The position numbers were made by a program, and so were the translations under genes. From Oscillospiraceae bacterium (GTDB lineage: Bacteria; Bacillota; Clostridia; Oscillospirales; Oscillospiraceae), in the NCBI GenBank assembly GCA_015067545.1, contig SVMG01000008.1, forward strand, positions 8,390 through 72,389: a stretch of 64,000 nucleotides of DNA, read 5' to 3'. The notes beneath the pieces were generated by a model. That model was given only the letters and a program-made list of their open reading frames with translations, was not told where the DNA came from and made no database searches. Every line of letters starts with the position of its first letter. Position 1 is the first letter of the stretch. Below are positions 38,859 to 49,500 of this stretch, in pieces.

Positions 38859-39884
38859 TCAGTCCTCCCAGTCGATCAGCACGGACAGCGCCTGCGTTCT
38901 GTCGTTCATCAGCATTTCATAGGCCGCTACGGCATCCTTGTAGTGGAACCGATGGGTATGCATCTCGTTGACAGTCATTTGGTTTTTGGACAGCAGCTCC
39001 AGGAAATAGTCGGAATCCCGGCGCTTGGTCCATCTGTTGAAGGGTGTCTCAACATCCGGGTGCACAGCAAAATTGTGTGCGCCGATGATGGAAATACCCA
39101 TTCTGTTGCAGTAATCCAGATCCACAAGAGATTTTCCCTTGGGGCTGCTGGTGATGATCAGCTTGCCTCTTTGGCAAAGGCAGGCCAACTCCTGAGGGAT
39201 CAGCGCAGGAGCGCCGGTGGTTTCAAACACCACGGGAACGCCTTCCCCACCGATGGTATTCTTCTTTACCACCTCAGCTACATTCTCGCGGGTGGAGTTG
39301 ATGGGGATGAAGCAGGGATCCTGGGGGAGCTTGCTCAATCTCAGATCGGAAATATCTGCAACGAATACCCTGGTAGAGCCTGCCGCCTTGGCAAAGCGGG
39401 CAACCATCTGGCCGATAATACCGGCACCGTAGACCACGCAGGCATCGCCCGGACGGATCTCGGAGCAGCGGATGCTGCCGTTGGTGATGGAGGCGATGGC
39501 GCAGAAAACAGCATCCTCAGACGCAACATTCTCCGGCACCCACATCAGTCCTTCATAGGCATCGGCAGGATAAACTGCATATTTTTCATGAAACGCCTGG
39601 GCAAAAACCCGTTTGCCGATCACATCAGGAGAAACATCCTTGCCCACTGCGACGATATGACCCACGCTGCTGTAGCCCACGCACAGATTGGGGTAAACAA
39701 TATTCTGCTGCCAGGGGCTGTCGGGCTCCACATTAGCTTCCAGCATGGTTAGCTCCGTACCTGTGCTGATCTGAGAGACATCCACTTTGATAAGCAGGTC
39801 GTTGTCTCCCACCTCCGGCATGGGCCATTCTGTTACCTGAACTTTTTTCTTTTCGGGGAAGATTACTTTATAGTTTTTTTCCAT
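38859..39884 (-). CDS. MDR-family dehydrogenase lacking catalytic Zn ligands (BchC-like subgroup)
   Basis: ISTGTE and GYSSVG in place of CxxD and GHE; GAGIIG Rossmann motif. Confidence 0.85.
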   Translation of the reverse strand: MEKNYKVIFPEKKKVQVTEWPMPEVGDNDLLIKVDVSQISTGTELTMLEANVEPDSPWQQNIVYPNLCVGYSSVGHIVAVGKDVSPDVIGKRVFAQAFHEKYAVYPADAYEGLMWVPENVASEDAVFCAIASITNGSIRCSEIRPGDACVVYGAGIIGQMVARFAKAAGSTRVFVADISDLRLSKLPQDPCFIPINSTRENVAEVVKKNTIGGEGVPVVFETTGAPALIPQELACLCQRGKLIITSSPKGKSLVDLDYCNRMGISIIGAHNFAVHPDVETPFNRWTKRRDSDYFLELLSKNQMTVNEMHTHRFHYKDAVAAYEMLMNDRTQALSVLIDWED

Positions 39885-39911
39885 AGAGGATACCTCCTTT
39901 TTCCATTATAT

Positions 39912-40028
39912 CTAGCATAAAAATTATCACAATTTTTTACAAGAAACTAATTTAGTGTTACTGGAAAATTTTTAAGATTATAGCAAAAGCGACTGCCCAC
40001 ACGGCAGTCGCTTAAATATTGGTTTTGC
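39912..40028 (-). promoter_or_regulatory. Terminator plus sigma-A promoter with 21-bp-spaced direct repeats, copy 1
   Basis: AAGCGACTGCC-CACAC-GGCAGTCGCTT hairpin; TTGTAA (39937-39942)-N17-TATGCT (39914-39919); TTACAAGAA/TTACTGGAA repeats; 107/117 identical to 52702-52818. Confidence 0.75.
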
Positions 40029-40824
40029 GCAATTGACTGGGTGTCATGCCGGTAATGCGCTTAAACACATTGTTGAAGGTGCGAATATTGTCAAATCCGC
40101 ATTTTGCAGAAATATCCGTGAAAGTCAAATTTGTCCCCCGCACCAGCTTGACCGCCTGATTGATGCGGAAGCTATCCAGATATGTCTTGAAGTTTACCCC
40201 GGTATAGGTCACGAACAAGGTGGACACATAAACCGGATTGTAGTTGGTAATCCTTGCAATATCCGCAAGGGTGATGTTCTCCCGGTAATGGTCCGCAATA
40301 AACTGCAGCGCGTTCTGGAAATTGCGGAACTGGGTCAGTGTTTGTTCATCAGAGACATTTTCCCGTTCGAAGGATCGTACCAGCAGGCTGTACAACCGAA
40401 CGATATCCGCGCGGATCAGCACATCGCTCCAAACAGCATCCAGACATTTTTCTGCATACATTTCCTCAAATATCTCCCGGATGCGGCCATCGATACCGGC
40501 TTTTTTCAGTTCTTCTGCGGTGATAAAGGTTTGCACGATTTTAACATCGGGCTGGAAATAAAATAAGATGCTGGGATCAAAGGTGCAAATATACACGACG
40601 CTGTTTTCCGCTTCGGTAATGCTGTGGATATCTCCGCTTTGTACCACCGTCAGATCCCCTTTTTGGCACAGGCGACTGCTGCTTTTGCCCACCTTGATCC
40701 TACAGGTGCCCTCCAGCACCAGCACAAACTCTACCCGCTGGTGCCAATGGTCGAAGCCCCGGAGCAGGGCCTGGTACTTGGCTATCGTATAATTTGGCTT
40801 TATCGGTTCGTGAAAAATTTGCAT
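40012..40824 (-). CDS. AraC family regulator with cupin domain
   Basis: HWHQRVEFVLVLEG cupin; ITLADIA...YVSTLF...ISAKCGFDNIRTFNNVFKRITGMTPSQLR. Confidence 0.95.
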   Translation of the reverse strand: MQIFHEPIKPNYTIAKYQALLRGFDHWHQRVEFVLVLEGTCRIKVGKSSSRLCQKGDLTVVQSGDIHSITEAENSVVYICTFDPSILFYFQPDVKIVQTFITAEELKKAGIDGRIREIFEEMYAEKCLDAVWSDVLIRADIVRLYSLLVRSFERENVSDEQTLTQFRNFQNALQFIADHYRENITLADIARITNYNPVYVSTLFVTYTGVNFKTYLDSFRINQAVKLVRGTNLTFTDISAKCGFDNIRTFNNVFKRITGMTPSQLRKTNI

Positions 40825-40942
40825 ATTATTTATCCTGTATTCTGAATTTTCCCGGGTTCATATGCGAAGATTTTGTTATATTGTAGCATATTTTCTCAAA
40901 AAATGCAACGAATCCGTTTTTGGTATCTTTTGGATTTCGAAA

Positions 40943-40967
40943 CAGGGCGCGGCATTGCCGCGCCCTG
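40943..40967. repeat. GC-rich stem-loop, copy 1
   Basis: CAGGGCGCGGCA-T-TGCCGCGCCCTG; same stem at 55459-55483, related stem at 58019-58039. Confidence 0.8.
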
Positions 40968-40993
40968 CCTTGCATAAGGAAAAATGGGCTTAC

Positions 40994-43213
40994 TCAGGGA
41001 TTATTGGGATCGAAGGTCAGGTCCGTTGTAATGAGGATCTGATCCAGCTGAACATTCGCGGCGTAGCTTCTGAACTGAATGGTATAAGTCTCACCAGCAG
41101 TCCAGTTATAGGTCTTATTCTCACCAACTTGTGAGCCATTGGCAGTATTGTGCGTATGGAATTCCTGATATACTCTGACCCAGTAGAAATCTGTAGCACT
41201 TGTAGAATACTCATTCTTGCCAGCTTTGTTCAAGGGCTGCCGCCAGAAGTAGGTATCGGTTTCATTATCATCGCCGATCCAGCAATACAGGGCATCGCCG
41301 CGGTCTGTAGCAGGCAGGTTTGTATTCGGGGCGTAGACTTTCAGCCAGACATAGACCTCTCCGCTCAGTTCGGATTCCACAGTATAGGTCGCGTGTGGGA
41401 TAGGATCCTTAACATAATGGCTGCTTGAGGGTCTCAGGTAATTATAACCCGATGCCATCTTCTCAAACAAAACCGTCTGACTGCCGGCTGCATTGGAATT
41501 GGTTTTTAGCGAAACGAGATCCTGGGTTTCTGTTTGAACATTATCTGTTCCGTCCTCTGCCAGCACGCCGGTCTCAGCTTCAATAATCACAGAATTGCTG
41601 GGGAACATACTCTCACCGCACTGGCAGAAACCGTTGGTGTAGACATGCTCATGGGTAATGATAAACTGATCCAGTGCGGCATAAGCGCAACCGCTGGAAA
41701 CGCGAATGGCATAAGTCTTTCCTGCGGTCCAATGATAAGCATACGCTGCCCCATACGGATGGTTGAAGTCTGCGGTAGTGATGGAACCGGTAGCAAAATC
41801 CGCAGGATCGCTGCAGGGGTTAGGTGTCTTTCTGTAGGTATACTTCGTTTCATCGGTAGTAGTATCGTCCTCAACCAGAACGCCCGTAAATGTTTTGTCG
41901 GCCGCTGTGTAGACACCGGAGACCTTTACTGTGTAAACACCGGATACGGACGGAGTCACATACACGATCACATCGCCGGGATGCTCTTTTCTGGTTACAT
42001 AGCTGGAAGCACCGTTAAGTTGATATGCCGAATGCAGATTGTTCAGCTTAACAAGCTTTCTGTCTGCAACATTGCTGTTGGTGATCAGGTTCACGTAGTT
42101 GGTATTCAAAACGGCATCTGCAGCATTGATGGTAATGGAAGTGCCATCCATCACGAATACCTTCTCCTTATCACAGGATTCGCAAAGGCCATTTACATAC
42201 ACATGTCCATTGTGCCAGCAGCGCACAGCATTGCCGTAACGCATCATGGCATCGGTCAGCGCCTTCAGGTCGGCATCATATTCGCCGTTGGCAACTGCAT
42301 AGGCATAGCTTTCTACAGAGTAGATGAGTTTATCGCTCTCCCAGTCTGCGCTGGAGTTAAAGGCATTGGAATAGACCAGAGCGCTGATCTTCTCGCTGAG
42401 CTGGGTGGGATCCAGCACGCCTAAGTACACATAGTAGTGATCCTCAGTACCTTCTACCTTTTCGAAGTTACTGACATAAACATTCATGGATTTGTCTTCA
42501 TTCCAGAAGCGAACTGACAAATTCTCGATGCTGGGTGCTTTGATCTCATAGCGCAATGTGATGGAGTCCTTCAGATTCAGGCCCACGCCAACCCAGTCCA
42601 CCGTAGTCGGGGTCGGATCAGCTTCGGCACTGTACTCGAAAGTTTTGCTGTGGTTCGTCAGGCTCAGAGTGCCGGTGGTAGCCAGTGCAGCATACTCGCC
42701 CAGATCCGCATTGACCAAGGGAGTGGTTGCTTCTGCAAAGGTCTGGGTGGCTGCGCCGTAGTTCAGCAGATCCACCAGCATGGTGCGCAGCTCCGCATTC
42801 TTCCATGCCTCAGTGTTGCTTTCGTTTCTCAGAATGGTCATGCAGTAATCCTTAATGGAAGTGCTGAATTCGTCCTTGACCTCACCGCCGATATACAGCT
42901 TGGCGGTAACGGTTTCGCCCATCTGAGCAGGGGTCAGCTTTGTGCAGCGGAAGGCTACATTGCCATCTTCATCTGCTTCGGGCAGTGTGGTTCTGGTCTG
43001 CACCAGCTCCTCGCCCATGTAGAATTCCACTTTCTCGAAGCCTTCTTCGATGGCAGCCCGATTTGCAATAAAGCTGATAGAAATATCGTTCTGCAGATAC
43101 AGATTGTAGCCGGTAAATTTCGGCTCTGCGACCTCACCGGCCGCTCCCGCCATGGGCACGATGCTCAGCAGCATGGCCATGATCAGAAGCAAGGATAGAA
43201 TCTTTTTCTTCAT
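40994..43213 (-). CDS. Secreted non-catalytic modular protein A (two tandem unknown domains, His/Cys spacers, two CBM-like beta-sandwich modules)
   Basis: Signal MKKKILSLLLIMAMLLSIVPMAGA; tandem domains ending LLNYGAATQ and MMRYGNAV; last module YVWLKVYAP...YFWRQPL...LDQILITTD matches the lyase modules; ATG 43213 (GTG 43222 possible). Confidence 0.8.
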   Translation of the reverse strand: MKKKILSLLLIMAMLLSIVPMAGAAGEVAEPKFTGYNLYLQNDISISFIANRAAIEEGFEKVEFYMGEELVQTRTTLPEADEDGNVAFRCTKLTPAQMGETVTAKLYIGGEVKDEFSTSIKDYCMTILRNESNTEAWKNAELRTMLVDLLNYGAATQTFAEATTPLVNADLGEYAALATTGTLSLTNHSKTFEYSAEADPTPTTVDWVGVGLNLKDSITLRYEIKAPSIENLSVRFWNEDKSMNVYVSNFEKVEGTEDHYYVYLGVLDPTQLSEKISALVYSNAFNSSADWESDKLIYSVESYAYAVANGEYDADLKALTDAMMRYGNAVRCWHNGHVYVNGLCESCDKEKVFVMDGTSITINAADAVLNTNYVNLITNSNVADRKLVKLNNLHSAYQLNGASSYVTRKEHPGDVIVYVTPSVSGVYTVKVSGVYTAADKTFTGVLVEDDTTTDETKYTYRKTPNPCSDPADFATGSITTADFNHPYGAAYAYHWTAGKTYAIRVSSGCAYAALDQFIITHEHVYTNGFCQCGESMFPSNSVIIEAETGVLAEDGTDNVQTETQDLVSLKTNSNAAGSQTVLFEKMASGYNYLRPSSSHYVKDPIPHATYTVESELSGEVYVWLKVYAPNTNLPATDRGDALYCWIGDDNETDTYFWRQPLNKAGKNEYSTSATDFYWVRVYQEFHTHNTANGSQVGENKTYNWTAGETYTIQFRSYAANVQLDQILITTDLTFDPNNP

Positions 43214-43241
43214 AAAATTCACCTCATTTCATATTTGCCGG

Positions 43242-43376
43242 TCATCCGATGGGAATGATCGGTGTGGGGATACCGCCGCCGGTGTTTTCATTGTCTTCCA
43301 GCTCACCGCTCACTGTCAAGATGTTCTCGGCTTGGAATTTCAGAATCTCCAGCCTAGGTTCCAGAAATTCTTTCAT
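43242..43376 (-). CDS. 44-aa RiPP-precursor-like peptide A
   Basis: AAAGGAGG-N7-ATG; MKEFLEPRLEILKFQAENILTVSGELEDNENTGGGIPTPIIPIG; paralog at 57853-57987. Confidence 0.85.
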   Translation of the reverse strand: MKEFLEPRLEILKFQAENILTVSGELEDNENTGGGIPTPIIPIG

Positions 43377-43454
43377 ACTATTTCCTCCTTTTTGAAAATT
43401 TATATGCATGGGGCGACCGCCGCCGCGCCCATGGAATATACTTGTATGCCGCTT

Positions 43455-43483
43455 TGGCATAGCCACAAATTGCGGCTATGCCA
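43455..43483. other. Intergenic stem-loop between lyase A and peptide A
   Basis: TGGCATAGCC-ACAAATTGC-GGCTATGCCA, no U-tract; second imperfect stem at ~43407-43434. Confidence 0.65.
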
Positions 43484-43521
43484 GAAGTGGTTCATGCTGT
43501 TTTGAACGATCCGACAACGCC

Positions 43522-46500
43522 TTAGTTTTGCACGTAAGGATCATTCGCATCCGTGGTGATGTAGATCTCGTCGATCTGCACACCTGCAGTGTAGCCTCTG
43601 AAGCGCAGGGTATAGGCTTCACCGGCCTTCCAGTTGTAAACTCTGTCCGCACCCACCTGCGCTGTCGTATCAATCCGCTGATATACACGGACCCAGTAGA
43701 AATCTGTCTTGCCCTGGGAATATGTTCCATCCGCCTTCTTCAGGGACTGACGCCAGAAGTAGGTATCCGTTGCTTCGCCTTCCGCATTCATTCCGTCGAT
43801 CCAGCAGAAAACAGCATCGCCGCCGGCCCAGCTAACCGAATTGGGCGCATAGACCTTCAGCCAAATGTAGTATTCACCGGTCTGATCCGGGATTACACTG
43901 AAGGAGGCATGTGCGTTCGGAAATACGCCTTCCACCTCGGTCAATGTACCATTCACCAGGGTTCGATTGAGGGACAGTGCGTAGTAATTTGTATGCGTCC
44001 AGTTGAAGTACAGCGTTGCGCCGGCCGATGCCGCGGAATTGGCCTTTACTTTGGCAGGTGCATCTGTACTATTGGTGGTTACATTTTCCATGCCCGGTGC
44101 TGCGATCACTGCATTTTCACCCTGCAGAGTGCCCTTGCCGTTTGTCAACTTCACCGGTTCCAGCATGTTACAGACAGAGCAGTAACCATTGACAAAACTG
44201 TGGTTGCCCACATTGGCCTTGTCGCCGCAGACACATTGATGCCAGTGCTGTGTTCCGTCGAATGTCCAACTCTCGTTGAAGGTGCAGATATGCGCAGGAC
44301 GGACATAGCCGCAGTCATTGCAGGTAGTGTCCTTCAGATTGTCATAGATGTGTTCTGCCTTGCCGTTTATCAGCTCGTCATGGCCACAGTTTGCCTTGTG
44401 CCAGTGATAGGTCTCATCCTTTTCCCAGGCAGCGCTGAAGGAGTGGTTGTGAGGAGCATCATTGGGATCATTGGTGATATAGATCTCGTCGATCTGCACG
44501 CCTGCAGTGTAGCCTCTGAAGCGCAGGGTATAGGCTTCACCGGCCTTCCAGTTGTAAGCTCTGTCCGCACCCACCTGTGCTGTCGTATCAATCCGCTGAT
44601 ATACACGGACCCAGTAGAAATCTGTCGCGCCCTGGGAATATGTTCCATCCGCCTTCTTCAGGGACTGACGCCAGAAGTAGGTGTCCGTTGCCTTGCCTTC
44701 CTCATTTGTACCGTCGATCCAGCAGAAAACTGCGTCGCCGCCGGCCCAGCTAACCGAATTGGGTGCATAGACCTTCAGCCAAATGTAGTATTCACCGGTC
44801 TGATCCGGGATTACACTGAAGGAGGCATGTGCGTTCGGAAATACGCCTTCCACCTCGGTCAATGTACCATTCACCAGGGTTCGATTGAGGGACAGTGCGT
44901 AGTAATTTGTATGCGTCCAGTTGAAGTACAGCGTTGCGCCGGCCGATGCCGCGGAATTGGCCTTTACTTTGGCAGGTGCATCTGTACTATTGGTGGTTAC
45001 ATTTTCCATGCCCGGTGCTGCGATCACTGCATTTTCACCCTGCAGAGTGCCCTTGCCGTTTGTCAACTTCACCGGTTCCAGCATGTTACAGACAGAGCAG
45101 TAACCATTGACAAAACTGTGGTTGCCCACATTGGCCTTGTCGCCGCAGACACATTGATGCCAGTGCTGTGTTCCGTCGAATGTCCAACTCTCGTTGAAGG
45201 TGCAGATATGCGCAGGACGGACATAGCCGCAGTCATTGCAGGTAGTGTCCTTCAGATTGTCATAGATGTGTTCTGCCTTGCCGTTTATCAGCTCGTCATG
45301 GCCACAGTTTGCCTTGTGCCAGTGATAGGTCTCATCCTTTTCCCAGGCAGCGCTGAAGGAGTGGTTGTGAGGAGCATCATTGGGATCATTGGTGATATAG
45401 ATCTCGTCGATCTGCACGCCTGCAGTGTAGCCTCTGAAGCGCAGCGTGTAGGTCTCCCCGGCAGTCCAGTTGTAAACTCTGTCCGCACCCACCTGCGTTG
45501 TCGTATCAATCCGCTGATATACACGGACCCAGTAGAAATCTGTCGCGCCCTGGGAATATGTTCCATCCGCCTTCTTCAGGGACTGACGCCAGAAGTAGGT
45601 GTCCGTTGCTTCGCCTTCCGCGTTCATGCCGTCGATCCAACAGAAAACAGCATCGCCGCCGGCCCAGCTAACCGAATTGGGCGCATAGACCTTCAGCCAA
45701 ATGTAGTATTCACCGGTCTTATCCGGGATTACATTGAAGGAAGCGTGCGTGCTCGGCAGCATGCCATCCAGAGTCTGATTGTTGAACAATTTGGCATAAT
45801 CCGTATGGTTTCTGTTGAAGTGCAGTGTTGCGCCACCCGATGCAGCAGCATTGGTCTTCACTGTGGCAGGTGCATCTGTATAGTCGCTGATCACGTTTTC
45901 CATGCCAGGCGCTGCCACTGCTGCATGTTCGCCCTGCAAGGTTCCTCTGCCGTTTGTCAGCTTCAGCGGCTCCATCATATTACAGACAGAACAGTAGCCA
46001 TTTGCAAAGCTGTGGCTGCCCACATTGGTCTTTTCACCGCAGGCACATTGGTGCCAGTGCTGGGTGCTGTTAACGCTCCAGCGCTCGCTGAAGGTGCAAA
46101 CATGCTCAGGACGGACATAGTTACAATCGTTACAGGTGGTGTCCTTCAGATTATCATAGTTATGCTTGGCCTTACCGGTGATCATGCCCGTATGGCAGGA
46201 GGACGTCCACCAGTGATAGGTGTCATCATAGCTCTTCAGAGAATTCCAGGTGTGATTATGCGGCACATCGCTTGCGCTGTTTGTGATGTAGATCTGATCC
46301 ACCCGGACACCGGCTACTGTTCCTCTGAAGCGCAGAGCATAGGTCTGCCCGGCAGTCCAGTTATAGGTATGGTCCGCAAACTTTTCTGTATTTTGTTTCC
46401 ATTCCTGGTTCAGGCACACCCAGATGTAATCCCCTTCACCCTTGGAGTATCCGTTCAATGCCAGCGGCTGACGCCAGTAGTAGGTATCCGAACCGCCATC

Positions 46501-49500
46501 CACATATGCATAGATATATGCACCATAGGACGCATTCGCGGGGGCGTACACCTTCAGCCAGATGTAGTATCGCCCGGTCCTTTCAGGCGTTACCAGTACG
46601 CTCAGGTGCGGGATCGGTGTTGTGCCTTGATCCGGGAATGTATTCCAGCCGGAATTCGTTCTGACGAACTGCACAGCCTTACCGCCCTCTGCTTCGGCAC
46701 TTTCCACAACCTTAACAACAGCGCCTGTGTAATCAGGAATATGGTTTTCCTTACCGTCCGGTGCAAGCATCAAATTTTCTGCTTCCAATGTCAGCTTTCC
46801 GCCGGAGATCGTAAAGGGTGCCAGGCCGCCGCAGATGGTACACTTGCCGTCTGCATAATTGTGGGGCGCATAATTGGGATTCTTGTAGCCGCAGGTATTG
46901 CATTCCTTATCCGTATGATCCTCAAAGAAATGCTCAGCGTAAGCTCTGGGGGCTACATTCTGGCATCCACAGGTGGCATCGAACCAGTGATGGGTATCAT
47001 TGCCGTTCCATGTGCTGCTGTAGGAATGGTTATGCGGTGCGTCCTTCGGATCGTTGGTGATCAGAATTTCGTCCACCTTTACGCCAACAGACATGCCTCT
47101 GAGACCGATGGTATAGACTCTGCGGGCTTTCCAGTGATAGGAATGCTCTTTATGCAGACCCGCTGCCATGCTCGTGTACTCCTGATACAGTCTGACCCAG
47201 ATGTAATCCTCTTCGTCTGCAGAGTAGGTCTCCATAGTCAACGGCTGCTGCCAGAAATAGTAGTCGTCACCGCCGTCGATCCAGGCGTAGATAAATGTAC
47301 CCTTCGGTGCATAAAGCTTGACCCAGATATAGTACTCGCCGCCTTCATCCGGCATCACTTGGAAACTCAGATGCGGTGTTGCTTCCGAAGTGGCATTCGC
47401 CAATTGATTCCATGCACTGTGCTGTCTCATAAAGCGAACTGCCTTACCGCCTGCCGCACCAGCGCTTTCCACAACCGCTGCAACTTCACCCTTGTAATAG
47501 CTATTCAGATCGGTAGCATCCAAAATGACCGTTTCCTCACCTGCAGGCTGCAGCTTTGCCTCTTCTGCCTGAACGGTGATCTTACCGCCACTGGTCTTGA
47601 ATACGCCCTGCGGCAATTCACAGGTTGTGGTAAACGAGCCAAAGGTTACACCCTTGGAGCAGGTCTTGATGCGCACGTAGATGGACTCAGCAGCCTGAAT
47701 GTTCACCTCTCCCAGCTTAATCTTGACATACTGGTTTGCCGACACTGCGGCAACCTCACTCAGGTCGCACAGGGTGTATTTAAAATCGTCATCATTTGCA
47801 GAAATTGCATAGAAGAACTGATCATTACTCAGACTGCTTACCTTAACGGTGGCATAGATGGAGTAGATACCACTGGTATCCGTAAGGATATTCAGGGACA
47901 GATCACCGGGCAGATTCTTCGTGCTCAGCACATAGTCCTTGTAGGCCTCGCTTACAGTACCGTCCGCAGAAACAGACTGCAAACGCGCATCATTTCCGGA
48001 GGCTTTCGCCATAGAATGCTCATAAATGGTATCCTTGGCATTGACAGATACGATACCGCTGGTGCTGGTCTTCTTGCTGTAGCAAGCTTCATAAGGCACA
48101 TAGCTTGCATCGGGCGAGACTATGAAGCAGTCAAAGACAAGACCTTCACATCCGGAGATCACGGACAGGGTGTATGCCTCTCCAGACGTCCACTTAGCCA
48201 GTGCAGTTTGATCCTCATACTGACCCAGCTTGATCCATACGTAACCATCCTTATCTTTCTTACCTACATTGATTTTTTCAGGATAGTAGGTATTGCCGGT
48301 CACGCCGTCAATGTTGACCCAGATGGTATCCCCGGAGGTCACCTTGGATGCATTGACCTTAGCCCAAATGTAATGCACCGCTGTGCGCCTTGGGATAAAG
48401 GTGGCAGAGAGTTGCGGTTTCGCTGCATCCACCGTACCGGGATTGGTGGTATATCCCACATTGGAAATGACCACTTCACGACCGGACGCATTGTTATCCT
48501 GTTCCACCTTTACCGTGTCTTCCTTGTTAAAGCATTCTGCCTCAGCAAGCAATGTTTGACCGATAACCTCGGCACCGTTGGGATCGATGACTGCTTTCTG
48601 CAGGAAGATGATTTCCGTCACGATGCTCCAGCCATTGTCAATTGTGGAATTCTGCTTACCGGAAGTCATATATCTGTAGCGGCCATGGCCGACAAATTTG
48701 ACATATCTGGCCTCTTCGCTCATGGGCAGCGTCAGATAAGTATTCAGCCATGTATAACGCCCCACTTCGCCTGATTGCGCTTTATCGTAAACCGTCTCCC
48801 AGTTTACACCGTCCGTGGATACTAAGAGATCAAAGATGTAATTACTGTAGGCACTCTCATCGCCCCAGAAATAGAGAACAACGTCTGTCAGCTGAATGGT
48901 CTTGCCGAAATCAAAAATTGCTTCACAGATGTTATTTCCGGATTTCTGACTGGTCCAGCGGGTGGTAATATCACCATCCAGCGCTTGAATCACGGGCAGG
49001 GTGGAGTATCCGTTGTCGATGACCGCCTCTACCTGCGCCGCAGTGGGGAACTTGTACAGAATTTCATCAGACAGTAAAGGAACATTGTTGTCAATATTTA
49101 CCGTAACACGAATGCGGTTAATGAAACGGTCATAATACATGGAACCCTCGACCAGCTTCATAAGTGTCGTCGAATCCATCAACAGATCACCGGCCGCCGC
49201 ACGGATCTCGTTGAATGCAACCGATTCCCCGTTAGCTGTCAAGGAATTGGCGGTTATGACATAGACAACACCCTTGTACCGAACTGTATAAGCAGTTTTG
49301 TCCTTATTCCAGGAACCCTTGCCGTTCAGTGCATCAAAAATGACGGTAACGGGGAACAGGTAATCCTCACCGGACTTCACGGGATGTGCATCGGTATAAT
49401 AGTAGAAATTGTTGATCATGATTCCGATGGGCTCTTCTTCCACGATCGGAGTCTCATCAAAGGTCTTATTGCTTTCGGATCCGGAACGAACCAGTTTCAC

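Noticed and set aside
43242-43466. 74-aa version of the peptide ORF in the track
   Set aside because: The strong RBS and homology with copy B both begin at ATG 43376; the extension runs through a hairpin and is not conserved.
43557-45700. CRISPR array or DGR template/variable repeat pair
   Set aside because: The repeats are 918-bp in-frame coding units with no spacers; no reverse transcriptase is present and differences are not confined to adenines.
43408-48774. 1788-aa plus-strand ORF
   Set aside because: It is exactly in codon register antisense to lyase A and stays open because TTA/CTA/TCA codons are avoided on the coding strand; no RBS or protein-like motifs.
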